A DNA stretch of 64,000 nt from an uncultured Gemmatimonadales bacterium (GCA_963795085.1 CAWCFX010000001.1:960001-1024000); one strand, 5' to 3'; counted from the stretch's first letter, positions 40,416 to 51,346 are shown. A program made the numbers and translations. Notes: generated by a model from the letters alone, not told the origin.

Positions 40416-40442
40416 GTATCGGACAGGCGGGACGGGGCTTGA
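40416..40442 (-). promoter_or_regulatory. sigma28 promoter of motAB
   Basis: TCAA-N15-TCCGATAC. Confidence 0.7.
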
Positions 40443-40553
40443 GAGGGCAAAAGTGCGGATTTTTGTCGAAGAACGCGACAGGCGTCACTTTCTATCCAGT
40501 CCCCTCTCCATTCTTCCCCACCTCCCTCCAGATCCTCCGGGTCGAAGTGCCCG

Positions 40554-40579
40554 AGCCCCCGCCCAGATGGGCGGGGGCT
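40554..40579 (-). terminator. Stem-loop after the broken lipoprotein gene
   Basis: AGCCCCCGCCC-agat-GGGCGGGGGCT 11-bp stem; no U tract. Confidence 0.45.
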
Positions 40580-40590
40580 GCAAGGGACGT

Positions 40591-41835
40591 TCAGTTGACC
40601 AGGCAGCAGCCCGCCTGGCAGCGGACCCAGAGCTGCTCGTCAGCCGGATCCCAGTGCCAGCGGACCGCGCCAACCGGTCCGTCATGCGGTTTTCGTGCAA
40701 CGCATGAGTATCTGGGGCTTCCCTGGGCCGGGCTGATACGAGCCCACCAGGTCTCGGGAGGCTTGTCCTTGCAGGGGACAAAGGTGGCCGTCCCGATGCA
40801 GGACTCCTGCGTTCCACTGCAAAGGTGCACGCGGTTCAGACCCGGCTTGAGCCCAAAACTGGTATAAGGTTGCGATCCCTCGAGAACAATATTGGCTACC
40901 GGCACCCACTGCACCGGGATTCTTCCCGTTATCCCAGGCTGATAATGCGGGGACCGGGAATGCGTAGGCGATGATTCCGCTCGGCGTGACCACGCCGTCC
41001 TTGGGGCGACTGGCCACCTTGCTCGTCATACCATCCCTTCACCGCGAGAACCCGTCGCTGCTATTGGGGGTGGATGGTTTGACGTCTCCTCCAATTTCTT
41101 CGGGACTTCCCCGAAGCTGGGGGTCCCGGCTCGACGGCGGAACTGTAAACCCTACTTTCGGCCCAACCTCGCAGTCAGCGTCACCACAGCGCATTCCGAT
41201 ATGTACTGGGTCCTTGTGGACGGATCCCAATCCCAGCGACGACCGTGAGGTACATGCTGCTTCCTCGATCGGCCTGTCGCGGGACGGTACAGTTCGGGAG
41301 ACATCCGACCAGTCTGCAGGCCGGCGGGAATGACGGGACGGCTGCGACCCTTTTGGTCGTGCCGCAAATTCACGACTCTGGCCGCCCATCGATGCGGCTC
41401 GCGCAGGTAGAGGCAATTGCCTCCAGAGTTCAGTCCGAGAGGAGAATCACCATTGTGTCCTCGGGCCAGCGATATAGGATCGCCACCGGGATGGCCTTCC
41501 GGAACGTCAAATCGAGGGAACGTCACCTCGTCGAGCTTGACGCGGGCGAGAAGCGCTATCGGGGGCCGTAGGACATGTCCTGGTTGATCATCCGCTGGCA
41601 ATCATGGTACTCCGGCTTGTCCGAAATATTGCCGACCAAGGTCAACCTTTCGAACTGATTCCGCGTCCAGTGGCTGTCACGGCTCTTGACATCAAAAACC
41701 CCTGGTGGGCACTCATCTGCCTGGATGACCGGTAGGTCCGTCAATGGCGACGAGTGAAGTTGGCGTTACCGGCTCTTCGCCACACGCACTGAGGGCTAAG
41801 GATATACTAGCGGCAATGAAGATAGTGCGGATCAT
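40591..41835 (-). pseudogene. Multiply frameshifted paralog of the adjacent Cys-rich lipoprotein
   Basis: GGAGG RBS then MIRTIFIAASISLALSAC lipobox; paralog motifs PEYHDCQR, CLYL, RWDWD..QYI, GMRCGDADCEVG, VKGWYDEQ, WWAR, DEQLWVRCQAGCCLVN lie in order but in changing frames. Confidence 0.85.
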
Positions 41836-41880
41836 GGTACCTCCCCCTGTGTGTGATACCCTCTCTCGCGACTTCGAGCT

Positions 41881-43170
41881 TCAATTCACCGTGCAGCACC
41901 CGACCGTGCACCGCACCCACAGCTGCTCGTCGCGCTCTGACCATCGCCACCGGGCGGCATCGGCGGGAATTACCGAGTGGGTCATGCGCGTCACGCAGCG
42001 ATCCGTCGTCGTCCCGTCCGGATTCTGAAACCGGGCCCACCACTGGGAATCCGATGCCGGGTCCACCGTGGATGGACAGCCGAGCGGTGCCGTAACGCCG
42101 CAGGCCGGCCCTCGGCAGAAGGCGACCGCGGTCATGCCCTGCTGGAATTCGAGCTTTCCCTTGTATGGCGCCGTCACAAATACGGACGCGGATGAGACCC
42201 ATCGGCCGCCATAGTCATCCTCCCCGGCGGCGCCGAGGCCGGGGTCCGGGATGATGGTGCCGAACGCCGGCGAGAGCGTCAGGCCGGCTCCGCCTGCCAC
42301 CGAGAGCCGCTGTTCGTCGTACCACCCCTTGATCGCTATCACCCGCTGCCGCAGCCGCGCCGCGTCCGGCCCGCTGCCCCCCAGCGCCAGCAGCCGGGCG
42401 CTGATCTCCCGAACCCGGGCGTTGGATGACCCGGGATCGAGAGGGTACGTCGGCGAAGATGCGAGCCTCTTGTCACCGATTTCGCACCACTGGGCACCGC
42501 ACCGGATGCCGATGTACTGGCGGGCGTTAACGGAGTCGTAATCCCACCGCGCCACGGGAGCCACGTCGCGGGCCGCCAGTCCGGCCGGGAGGGTCTGGGC
42601 GTGGACGGCCAGGACCGCGCCGCCCAGGGTGGCGGCATCCTGGGGGTCTCGGCAGGGTGTCGCCAGCGGACCCAGCGAGACCATTCGCGCCTCCCACCCC
42701 GCCGCCTCTCCCGGGTTGGGAATGAGATAGAGGCAACTGAACCCATGCTTGATGTGCAGCGGCGCGTACTCGGTGCGGTCGAAGTTGTGAATCTCCGCCA
42801 CCGGCGTGGCCCGGGTGACGCCGCTCCCGGAGCCGAGGCCGGGAGACGACACCGTGTCGAGGTCGGAGTTGATGAAGTACCGGGCCAGGTCGGTCGCGGC
42901 CCAGATGGCCACCAGCTGGCCCAGGGTATCCGGCGGGAGCCGGAACCGCTGGCAGTCATGATATTCGGGGATTTCGTCAATCTCCGAGGCCACGGGAATG
43001 TCGCGCGTCGTGTCCGAGCCCACGACGATGCTGATCGAGTCCCGGGGGCAATCGGGGACGTAGGCGATGCGCGAACCATCCGGGTCTCGCTGGCAGGCAC
43101 CGGCTGCGACCAGTGCTAGACAGAGAAGCAACCCATCTGCTGCCATGCCGCTCCGGTCGTGTTGGCGCAT
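41881..43170 (-). CDS. Cys/Trp-rich hypothetical lipoprotein
   Basis: GGAGG 10 nt before ATG 43170; LVAAGAC lipobox-like; 13 further Cys; ends DEQLWVRCTVGCCTVN. Confidence 0.75.
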   Translation of the reverse strand: MRQHDRSGMAADGLLLCLALVAAGACQRDPDGSRIAYVPDCPRDSISIVVGSDTTRDIPVASEIDEIPEYHDCQRFRLPPDTLGQLVAIWAATDLARYFINSDLDTVSSPGLGSGSGVTRATPVAEIHNFDRTEYAPLHIKHGFSCLYLIPNPGEAAGWEARMVSLGPLATPCRDPQDAATLGGAVLAVHAQTLPAGLAARDVAPVARWDYDSVNARQYIGIRCGAQWCEIGDKRLASSPTYPLDPGSSNARVREISARLLALGGSGPDAARLRQRVIAIKGWYDEQRLSVAGGAGLTLSPAFGTIIPDPGLGAAGEDDYGGRWVSSASVFVTAPYKGKLEFQQGMTAVAFCRGPACGVTAPLGCPSTVDPASDSQWWARFQNPDGTTTDRCVTRMTHSVIPADAARWRWSERDEQLWVRCTVGCCTVN

Positions 43171-43215
43171 CGGCTCGTCTCCTCCGTTCAGGTGGTTGCC
43201 TACGCTCACTTCCGT

Positions 43216-46200
43216 TCATCCGGTCCGGATCTTTTCCATGGCGTCTCGCACCGGATGCAGATAGGGGTCGCTCCCGGCCCAGAGAATCGCAACCATGCTG
43301 GCCCAGGTCCGGGCGCCTGCCCGGTCGCCCAGCCGCATTGCCAGGTCTGCCCGGAGGGCCATGGCACGCACCAATGCCGCCGCCCGGTACGGCTCCTGGA
43401 ATCCTGGCGAGGCGGTCGCAAGCGATCCCAGGACGGGATCGAGCCAGGCCGCGGCGTCGCCGGCCCGTCCAATCGCTTTGAGCAGGTAGGCTTCCGCATA
43501 GAGCGCATCGAGGGAGCCCTCGCCGAGCCCCATGCCCTCACGCTGTCGCGCGATTTCGCCCAGCAACCGGCTGACCGTGAGCGTATCCCCGCGGGCCAGC
43601 GCCGCCTGGGCCGTGATCAGGATGTCCCCCTGGTCTTCCAGGCTTTGAATACTGGCCATCGGGTGCGAAGCGAACGCCATGGCGGCGGCGAAGCCAAGAG
43701 TTGCCGCGCGAAGGCCAGGGCGTTGTTCGGATTCGAAGTCGCGATCAATGATTCGGGTCATCCGGGTTTCCAGCTCGTCGAGGCTGTCGGCCGGTCCCCC
43801 GAGGGCGGCATACACCAGCAGGGCGGGCGCCGTGATCGCAAGTTCTCGCGGCAGGCCCCAGAAGTCCCGGGCCTCCGGCGACTGAGACAGCCGGGCCGCG
43901 AGATGCCCGCGGCCCAGCAGGGCCGCCAGGCTGGCCAGTTCGATGTGGCCGGTGACCAGGCGGGGGTCAAGGCGGAGGAGCGAATCGGCCAGCCGGGCTG
44001 CCTCCGCCACCGCTGCCGGGTTTCCCGGGATCCCAAACCGGAGCCGCATGAAGACATCACGGCACGCCAGCCGGATTCGATCGGGGTCTTCCCTCGCCAG
44101 AGCCATGGCGCGGTGCAGGGTGTCGAGCGCCGCCGGGTCTCCGGTGACTTCCATAGACGTCGCGACGGCTTCCAGCGCCTGAAAGCTCTGGGGATACTCC
44201 CGCAGCCACCCCTCGGCGATCTCCCGGAAAATCCGCCGCTGCTGCCGTATGGCGAAGGTGGTGGTGGGTCCCATGATCGCGCGTCCTCGGTGCACATGGT
44301 CCATGGGCACCGGATAAAACACCAGGGAGTCTCCGATCCAGGACGGTGAGGCGAGGAAGCTGATCGTGTCCGGGGGGACCGCCCGGCCCCCCCGAACCAT
44401 GGCGGCGCTGCTGAGCCAGGCGAAGGAACGGTGAGCCCGGTGAATCGAAGGAAGAATGCGGAAGGCCTGCCGGTAGGCCTGGAGTGCGGAGTGGTAGCTG
44501 TTCCGGTAGCGCCATCCCGTGGGGCTTTGAGGGTCCCGAACCACGGCGTCATCCCGCCGCAGGCAATCGCCAAGGCCGAACCAGGTGACAAAGCTGTGGG
44601 GATCGTCCCGGGCCAGGCGGCTCCACACCTGGCAGGCGCGGTCCAGGCGGCCCTGGGCGGCGAGGAGGACAGCATCGGCAATGCCCTGGTCGTTGGGCGC
44701 CAACTGTGCCCGTCCCATGTGGCCCCGCTCTGCCGCCGAGCGCCACTGGGCCGCGGGTTCGTCCCGCCAGAGCCGGGTCAGCGCCAGCCAGGTGAACCCC
44801 TGGGAGAACTGCGGGTCGTACGCGGTCGCCGCGTCAAAGGCGCTGTCCGCCGCATCCAGGCGCCACTCGGTCAGCGCGTCATACCCCGCGAGAAATGCCT
44901 GCCGCGCGGGCAGGACCGTGGTTCCCTCGCCCTGGGCTTCCCGCCTCCGCGTACGTTCATGACGAACGAGAAGGCGTTCCGCCATCCTGGCAAAGGCGGA
45001 GTCGCCTCCTACCAGTTCGGCGGGCACCCGCTCGGCATGGTCCGCCAGTTGCCGGTTGGTCGCCGTTTCGTAGAGCACGGCATGCACCCTCGTTTCTGCA
45101 CCGAGCGGATGCATCGTGACCCGGACGTAGCGCCCGGCTCCCAGTCCCGCGGCCGCCCGCCGGGCCGGGTCGTCCTTCCCGGCCGCGCCGAGGACGGCGC
45201 GGCTGATCCGCTCGGGATCGACCAGCGTGATACCTGACCAGGCCGCGACCGCGTCGGAGAAGAGCAGTGAAGGGTCCGGCGATGCCGAATCACCCGGGAT
45301 GACGGCCAGGAGCGTGGTATCCAGCTCCGGCCCTGCCGGTCCGGTAACCCCGCCCCGGAGCAGGGTCAACGAAGCGGTGCCCGCGATGAGCACCAGTCCG
45401 ATCACGGCTCCCGCCTGCCAGGACCGCCGCGGGCGCGCCACCGGCATCCGCGCCGTCGTCGCGATGCCCTCCAGTGCCCGCGCAAGGTCCCCCGCCGTCT
45501 GGAACCGGTCCGCCGGCTGCTTCTGCAGCGCCTTGCGTACCGTCAGCTCCAGCGCCGCGGGCACGGTCGGCCGGATCGTGATCAGCGATGGCACCGGGTC
45601 CAGCTGGTGGCGCGCCACGATCGCCTGCGGCGTGGCCCCCATGAACGGCGGGTCCCCGCCCAGCATTTCGTAGAGCACGCAGCCCAGCGCGTAGATGTCG
45701 CTCCGGCCGTCGATTTCGCTCGACGCCAGCGACTGCTCCGGCGACATGTAGGCCGGCGTCCCCACCGCCATTCCCTCGGTGGTGATCACGTCCCGCTCCG
45801 CCGCCCGGTTGATCGCCCGGGCGATGCCGAAGTCGGCGACCACCGCCTCCGTCCCGGCCAGCAGGATATTCTCCGGCTTGATGTCGCGGTGGACCACCTG
45901 GTGGGCGTGCGCGTAGCTCAGCGCCGAGGCAACGTCCCGCGCGATGGACACGGCCTCCTCGATGGGCAGCTGCTTCTGCCGCTGGAGCCGGGCCCGCAGC
46001 GACTCTCCTTCCACGAACGGCATGGTGTAATAGGGAAGCGTCCGGCCATCCACGGTGACGGTGCCGGAGTCGAGCAGCGGAAGGATGTGCGGGTGGGTCA
46101 GCTCGGAGGCAAAGCGGGTTTCCTGGAGGAACCGTTCATGCCCCACCGCGCCGGCCAGCCGGGGGTGCAGCACTTTGATCGCGACCCGGCGGTGATGGGA

Positions 46201-46332
46201 GAGATCCAGGCCGAGGTACACCGCAGCCATCCCGCCGCTGCCGAGCTGAATTTCCAGCTGGTAGCGTTCGGACAGCGCGGCCTGCAGCATCCGGAAGAGC
46301 TCGGACATGGGGTCCTGGGGATCGCTACTCAT
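43216..46332 (-). CDS. Hanks-type Ser/Thr kinase with TM helix and large helical (TPR-like) extracytoplasmic region
   Basis: LGSGGMAAVY, VAIKVL, HRDIKPEN, DFG, GTPAYMSPEQ; TM near aa 305-325. Confidence 0.9.
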   Translation of the reverse strand: MSSDPQDPMSELFRMLQAALSERYQLEIQLGSGGMAAVYLGLDLSHHRRVAIKVLHPRLAGAVGHERFLQETRFASELTHPHILPLLDSGTVTVDGRTLPYYTMPFVEGESLRARLQRQKQLPIEEAVSIARDVASALSYAHAHQVVHRDIKPENILLAGTEAVVADFGIARAINRAAERDVITTEGMAVGTPAYMSPEQSLASSEIDGRSDIYALGCVLYEMLGGDPPFMGATPQAIVARHQLDPVPSLITIRPTVPAALELTVRKALQKQPADRFQTAGDLARALEGIATTARMPVARPRRSWQAGAVIGLVLIAGTASLTLLRGGVTGPAGPELDTTLLAVIPGDSASPDPSLLFSDAVAAWSGITLVDPERISRAVLGAAGKDDPARRAAAGLGAGRYVRVTMHPLGAETRVHAVLYETATNRQLADHAERVPAELVGGDSAFARMAERLLVRHERTRRREAQGEGTTVLPARQAFLAGYDALTEWRLDAADSAFDAATAYDPQFSQGFTWLALTRLWRDEPAAQWRSAAERGHMGRAQLAPNDQGIADAVLLAAQGRLDRACQVWSRLARDDPHSFVTWFGLGDCLRRDDAVVRDPQSPTGWRYRNSYHSALQAYRQAFRILPSIHRAHRSFAWLSSAAMVRGGRAVPPDTISFLASPSWIGDSLVFYPVPMDHVHRGRAIMGPTTTFAIRQQRRIFREIAEGWLREYPQSFQALEAVATSMEVTGDPAALDTLHRAMALAREDPDRIRLACRDVFMRLRFGIPGNPAAVAEAARLADSLLRLDPRLVTGHIELASLAALLGRGHLAARLSQSPEARDFWGLPRELAITAPALLVYAALGGPADSLDELETRMTRIIDRDFESEQRPGLRAATLGFAAAMAFASHPMASIQSLEDQGDILITAQAALARGDTLTVSRLLGEIARQREGMGLGEGSLDALYAEAYLLKAIGRAGDAAAWLDPVLGSLATASPGFQEPYRAAALVRAMALRADLAMRLGDRAGARTWASMVAILWAGSDPYLHPVRDAMEKIRTG

Positions 46333-46380
46333 ATAGCGCGCATCCCGCCACCCCGCAAGACGGGACCTGCCACCCCCCGG

Positions 46381-47721
46381 TTACAACTCGCCCCGGCCCC
46401 AGTCCCCCCAGATGGCGCAGGTCAGGCCGGGCGCCTGCACGTTAAGGAAGAGGGTCTGCCCGTCAGGGCTGAACGTCGCCCCGGCGAACTCGGCGCTGGC
46501 GGGGTGCAGGTTGAGCGCAAAGTCAAAGATGCGGCCGTCGCGGGTCAGGCCCCGGAGGTAGTTCTCCCCCGCGCCGTCTTCACAAAGAAGGAGACCGCCC
46601 CGCGGGCTGACGCAGATGTTGTCGGGAGACTGGAGTACCGCCGCCGAGGGAGACTCGAAAAGAAGGATCACCTCGCCGCCGGCATCGCCGGCCGGCCGGT
46701 ACTGCCACACCTGGCCCATCCCCGCATTCCCGCCGCTCGTAGCATTGAAGTAAATGTGGCCGCCGCCCTGCCAGCAGCCTTCCAGCCGGCCAAAGATGGC
46801 GCCGCCGCCTGCGGCACCCTGGGCGAACACCGCCGCCGGGTTCTCAGCGGCGTCGGAGGGATCGGGATCGGCGATCGGCACCCAGCGGGCTTCGAGCGGC
46901 ACCCCGGTCCGCTGCCCGGTCCGGGTGTCGTAGCCGGGCCGGCCCGCGATGGCCAGCATCTCCAGCTGCCCCCCCGCCGCCAGGCGGCCCCCTTCCGCCG
47001 GCAGGAACCGGTAGAATCCGGCTGCCAGGGCATCCTCGGTTTCGTAGACGATGCCAGTGGCGGGATCCACCGCCACCGCTTCGTGGACAAACCGGCCCAT
47101 GGCGCGGAGCGCCACCGGGTCCGCTTCCCGCTGGGCGGCAACCGGGACATCGAAACAATACCCGTGCGGCCGTTCGAACCCCTGTGCTTCACCCGCGACG
47201 GCCTCCTCGCAACTGATCCAGGATGCCCATGGCGTGGGGCCCCCGGCGCAGTTGCGGATGGTGCCACTCAGCGATACAAACGCCTCGAGGGGAAGCCGGG
47301 TGCGCGGATCTACCGTCAGCGTCGTGGTGCCGCCGTTCGCCCGCGGATCCCAGGAGCGCGCCGGGGCGCCGATGGACACCGCGTCGGCCAGCGTGCGGGG
47401 ATAGGATTCATGGTTCCGGACCAGCCGGACCCGGCTGCCGTGGGCAAACGCCGCCATGCCATCGTGCATCGGCGGGGTGGGCCGCCCGTCCGACATGATC
47501 TCGCCGGTCCGCCCGAAGACGGTGTACGCGAATCCCTCGGGCAGGGCCAGCAGGGTCTCTCCGGTATTACTGGCGGGCGTGGGCACCAGACGGCCGTACC
47601 CGACACGGTCAGCCGGAAACCGCGCTGGGGTTGCACCCAGGCTCCGCGCCTGGAGCGACTGCAGGCCCAGGATGCTTCCACCCACGGCGGCTGTTCGCAG
47701 GAACGATCTGCGACTTGTCAT
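46381..47721 (-). CDS. phoX: PhoX-family alkaline phosphatase, Tat-exported
   Basis: SRRSFL Tat motif; HDGM, RNHE, NCAGG.TPW, SCEE, GRFVHEA, PDNI, CED, EFAG..FSPDG.TLF.NVQ. Confidence 0.85.
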   Translation of the reverse strand: MTSRRSFLRTAAVGGSILGLQSLQARSLGATPARFPADRVGYGRLVPTPASNTGETLLALPEGFAYTVFGRTGEIMSDGRPTPPMHDGMAAFAHGSRVRLVRNHESYPRTLADAVSIGAPARSWDPRANGGTTTLTVDPRTRLPLEAFVSLSGTIRNCAGGPTPWASWISCEEAVAGEAQGFERPHGYCFDVPVAAQREADPVALRAMGRFVHEAVAVDPATGIVYETEDALAAGFYRFLPAEGGRLAAGGQLEMLAIAGRPGYDTRTGQRTGVPLEARWVPIADPDPSDAAENPAAVFAQGAAGGGAIFGRLEGCWQGGGHIYFNATSGGNAGMGQVWQYRPAGDAGGEVILLFESPSAAVLQSPDNICVSPRGGLLLCEDGAGENYLRGLTRDGRIFDFALNLHPASAEFAGATFSPDGQTLFLNVQAPGLTCAIWGDWGRGEL

Positions 47722-47750
47722 TCCAGTAGGGCCTCCTGCTACTTTCCGGG

Positions 47751-48155
47751 ATGCGCAACTATTGGATTCTCAAGACCGAGCCTTCAACATACTCATTCGA
47801 GGACTTGGTTGCCGAGCAGGTGGCCACCTGGGACGGGGTCGCCAACCCGGTTGCCGTCAAGCACCTGCGCAGCATGGCCCCCGGCGACCAGGTGATGATC
47901 TATCACACCGGAAAGGAGAAGGCGATCGTCGGACTTGCCACGGTCGCCGGACCCCCCCGGCCGGATCCCCGGGATCCCAGACTCGTCGTCGTGGACCTCG
48001 AGGCGGGCCGGCCGGTCGGGAAACCGGTGTCACTCGCGGCGATCAAGGCGGACTCGGCCTTCAAGGATCTCGCGCTGGTGCGACAGGGCCGCCTCTCGGT
48101 CGTGCCGGTGCCCGAATCGCTGTGGACTCGGCTGGTCGCCATGGGCCGCTCCTGA
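47751..48155 (+). CDS. EVE domain protein
   Basis: [29 protein letters not shown]. Confidence 0.85.
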   Translation: MRNYWILKTEPSTYSFEDLVAEQVATWDGVANPVAVKHLRSMAPGDQVMIYHTGKEKAIVGLATVAGPPRPDPRDPRLVVVDLEAGRPVGKPVSLAAIKADSAFKDLALVRQGRLSVVPVPESLWTRLVAMGRS

Positions 48156-48195
48156 GCCCATACCGAAGAAATACCGTACCTGCTATCTTGGGGCC

Positions 48196-50241
48196 ATGCC
48201 CAGCCCGCGTTTCGAGGTCGTCGCCCCCTTTGAGCCCGCCGGGGATCAGCCCCGCGCTATCGCGGAGCTGACCACGGCGATCCGCGCGGGCGAAAAATAT
48301 CAGACCCTCCTCGGGGTCACCGGGTCGGGTAAGACGATGACCCTGGCCCACGTCATCGCCAACATCGGGAAGCCCACCCTCGTCCTCTCCCATAACAAGA
48401 CGCTGGCCGCGCAATTGTACGGCGAATTGCGCCAGTTTCTGCCCCGGAACGCGGTCGAGTATTTCGTCTCCTACTACGACTACTACCAGCCGGAAGCCTA
48501 TGTCCCTTCGACCGATGTCTATATAGAAAAGGACGCCTCGATCAACGAGGATATCGAATCGCTTCGGCTTCGCGCGACCACCAGCCTGGCCGAACGGGAG
48601 GACGTGGTCATCGTCGCGACGGTGAGCGCCATCTACGGCCTCGGTGACCCGGTCGAATACCGTAACCTGATTACCGCGGTCTCAGTCGGCGAACAGCGGG
48701 GTCGCGACTCCATCCTCGCCGACCTGGTCCGCATTCATTACCAGCGGAACGATGTTTCCTTCGAGCCGGGGACCTTCCGGGTCCGGGGCGACACTATCGA
48801 GGTGTTCCCGGCCTACGACGAAGTCGCGGTTCGCATCGAGCTCTGGGGCGACGAGGTCGAGCGGATTTCCAAGGTGAGCCCGCTCACCGGCGAAGTGATC
48901 CAGCAGCTGGAGAAATGCGCCGTCTATCCGGCCAAGCATTTCGTCACCCAGCGGCCCACGATCGAGCGGGCGGTCCGCGCCATCAGGGCCGAACTGGCCG
49001 AGCGGCTCCTGGAACTCAAGACCGCCGGGAAGCTGCTGGAGGCGCAGCGGCTGGAATCGCGCACCACCTTCGACATCGAAATGATGCTGGAGATCGGCAC
49101 CTGTGCCGGCATCGAGAACTATTCCCGCCACCTGAGTGGGCGGCTGCCGGGCGAACGACCGGCCTGTCTCTTCGACTATTTTCCGCCCGAGTTCATGGTC
49201 GTAGTGGACGAGTCCCACGTGACGCTGCCCCAGATCGGCGGCATGTTCAACGGCGACCGGGCCCGCAAGCTCACCCTGGTGGACTACGGCTTCCGCCTTC
49301 CCTCGGCGCTGGACAACCGGCCCCTGATGTTCGACGAGTTCCTGGGGCTGGTCCAGCAGATGATCTCCGTCTCGGCGACCCCGGGAGAATACGAGCTCGG
49401 GCTCTCCAACGGCCGGCCGGTGGAACAGATCATCCGCCCTACCGGCCTGATTGACCCCGAGATCTCCATTCGCCCGGTCAAGGGCCAGGTGGACGACCTG
49501 CTGCACGAGATCCGGGCGCGGGTCGCGCTGAGTGAACGGGTCCTGGTGACGACGCTGACCAAGCGGATGTCGGAGGACCTCACCGATTACCTGCAGCAGA
49601 CGGGCGTGAGGGTGCGGTACCTCCACTCCGATATTGACGCCATCGAGCGGATGGAGATCCTCCGCGGGCTGCGGCTGGGGGATTTCGACGTCCTGGTCGG
49701 AATCAACCTGCTGCGCGAAGGCCTCGACCTCCCCGAGGTGTCGCTGGTGGCCATTCTCGATGCCGACCAGGAAGGGTTCCTCCGCTCCGACCGCGCCCTG
49801 ATCCAGACGGTAGGCCGGGCCGCCCGGAACGTGAACGGCAAGGCCGTGCTCTACGCCGACCGGATGACGGGGTCGATGCAGCGCGCCCTGGCCGAGATGG
49901 ACCGCCGGCGCGAGATCCAGCGGGCGCATAACCTGGAACACGGCATCACCCCGGTCTCCATTATCAAGTCGCTGGAGCAGGTTCGCCTCTCCACCCGGGT
50001 GGCCGACGCCCGCACCGAGAAACCGCCGCCCCAGAAGGGCGTCCTCGTGGGCGGGGATCTCCACGACCCGGTCCGGCGGGAAAAGGCGGTGGCCGCCCTG
50101 GAGCAGCAGATGCGGGAGGCGGCCGCCAACCTGGAATTCGAAGTGGCCGCGATGCTCCGCGATCAGCTGCTCGAACTCAAGGCAGCGAGCGGAGGGGAGG
50201 CCCGGAAGTCCGGCGCAACCCGCCGCCGACGTACCGGCTGA
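48196..50241 (+). CDS. uvrB: Excinuclease ABC subunit B
   Basis: [44 protein letters not shown]. Confidence 0.97.
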   Translation: MPSPRFEVVAPFEPAGDQPRAIAELTTAIRAGEKYQTLLGVTGSGKTMTLAHVIANIGKPTLVLSHNKTLAAQLYGELRQFLPRNAVEYFVSYYDYYQPEAYVPSTDVYIEKDASINEDIESLRLRATTSLAEREDVVIVATVSAIYGLGDPVEYRNLITAVSVGEQRGRDSILADLVRIHYQRNDVSFEPGTFRVRGDTIEVFPAYDEVAVRIELWGDEVERISKVSPLTGEVIQQLEKCAVYPAKHFVTQRPTIERAVRAIRAELAERLLELKTAGKLLEAQRLESRTTFDIEMMLEIGTCAGIENYSRHLSGRLPGERPACLFDYFPPEFMVVVDESHVTLPQIGGMFNGDRARKLTLVDYGFRLPSALDNRPLMFDEFLGLVQQMISVSATPGEYELGLSNGRPVEQIIRPTGLIDPEISIRPVKGQVDDLLHEIRARVALSERVLVTTLTKRMSEDLTDYLQQTGVRVRYLHSDIDAIERMEILRGLRLGDFDVLVGINLLREGLDLPEVSLVAILDADQEGFLRSDRALIQTVGRAARNVNGKAVLYADRMTGSMQRALAEMDRRREIQRAHNLEHGITPVSIIKSLEQVRLSTRVADARTEKPPPQKGVLVGGDLHDPVRREKAVAALEQQMREAAANLEFEVAAMLRDQLLELKAASGGEARKSGATRRRRTG

Positions 50242-50247
50242 CCCGGT

Positions 50248-50673
50248 ATGATCGGGACATTTACCGAGGCCGAACTCCGCCGGTGGGGAACCAGCGCAGG
50301 GCAGGCCCTGCCTCCCGGCAGCATCGTGCTCCTCGAGGGCGAGCTGGGCGCCGGCAAGACCACCTTGATCCAGGCGGTCGCCCGCGGGCTGGGGGTGGCC
50401 GTGAATGCCACCAGTCCCACCTACGCACTGGTGCACCGCTACCAGGGTGCGCGGGGACCGGTCTACCATCTGGACTGTTACCGCCTGCGCCGCCCGGAGG
50501 AAGCCGCCGACCTCGACTGGGAGACCATGCTGCGCGAAGGCGACGCGGTGCTGATCGAGTGGCCGGAGAAGGCCGGCAGCTACGTACCGGCGGCCACCCG
50601 CCGGTTCCGGCTTTCGCATGTCGCCGAAGATCCCGATTTGCGCCGGTTGGAGGAGCCGGACCCCGATGCCTGA
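50248..50673 (+). CDS. tsaE: t6A biosynthesis ATPase TsaE
   Basis: GELGAGKTT, SPTY, HLDCYRL, IEWPE. Confidence 0.9.
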   Translation: MIGTFTEAELRRWGTSAGQALPPGSIVLLEGELGAGKTTLIQAVARGLGVAVNATSPTYALVHRYQGARGPVYHLDCYRLRRPEEAADLDWETMLREGDAVLIEWPEKAGSYVPAATRRFRLSHVAEDPDLRRLEEPDPDA

Positions 50674-51346
50674 TCGCTGGCTGGCCATTGAGACCAGCGG
50701 CGACCAGGCCAGTGTGGCCATTGAGCGGCCCGGCGGCGAGGTCATCGAAGAGATCATCACCGGCTCCCGCCAGCACGCGAAGGAACTGGTCCCCGCCATC
50801 GGACGGGTGCTGGAGCGGGCCTCGTTCCGGCCCGGCGACCTCCACGGCCTCGTGGTCAGTGAGGGCCCCGGCAGTTTTACCGGCATCCGGATTGGCGCCA
50901 CGGTCGCCAAGGGGCTGGCCCATCTGCAGGGCCGGCCCCTGCGCACCGCGTCTGCCCTGGCGGTCATGGCCCGGGGTGCCTGGCGGGAATCGGCCGTTCT
51001 CGAGAGTGCGGGCTGCGAGCTCGCCGTGCTGGCGACGACCGATGCGCTGCGCGGAGAGTTCTACGCCGCCCTCTATCACATTGGGCCCCGAGGCGTGAGG
51101 ACCATCCGGGAGCCCGCGGTGCTGTCCCCCGAGGCCCTCGCCGGGTGGCCGGCGGCCGACCTCCGGGCCCTGCATCCACCCCTCGCCTCCACGCTGCTCG
51201 ATCTCCTGGAGGTGGAAGGGGGTACCGTTCTGGTTGACGCCCTGGAGACCTGGGAGCCGGTGTATGGCCGCCCCGCCGAGGCCCAGGCCAAGTGGGAGGC
51301 CGCTCATGGGCGCCGGCTACCGGATTCGCCCAGCACTGCTCGCTGA
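50666..51346 (+). CDS. tsaB: t6A biosynthesis TsaB
   Basis: LAIETS, GPGSFTGIRIG, DALRGEFY. Confidence 0.9.
   Translation: MPDRWLAIETSGDQASVAIERPGGEVIEEIITGSRQHAKELVPAIGRVLERASFRPGDLHGLVVSEGPGSFTGIRIGATVAKGLAHLQGRPLRTASALAVMARGAWRESAVLESAGCELAVLATTDALRGEFYAALYHIGPRGVRTIREPAVLSPEALAGWPAADLRALHPPLASTLLDLLEVEGGTVLVDALETWEPVYGRPAEAQAKWEAAHGRRLPDSPSTAR

Noticed and set aside
40591..43170. Paralog pair as a diversity-generating retroelement TR/VR or programmed frameshifting
   Set aside because: No reverse transcriptase; the copies differ along their whole length rather than at adenines; six shifts of mixed direction do not fit recoding
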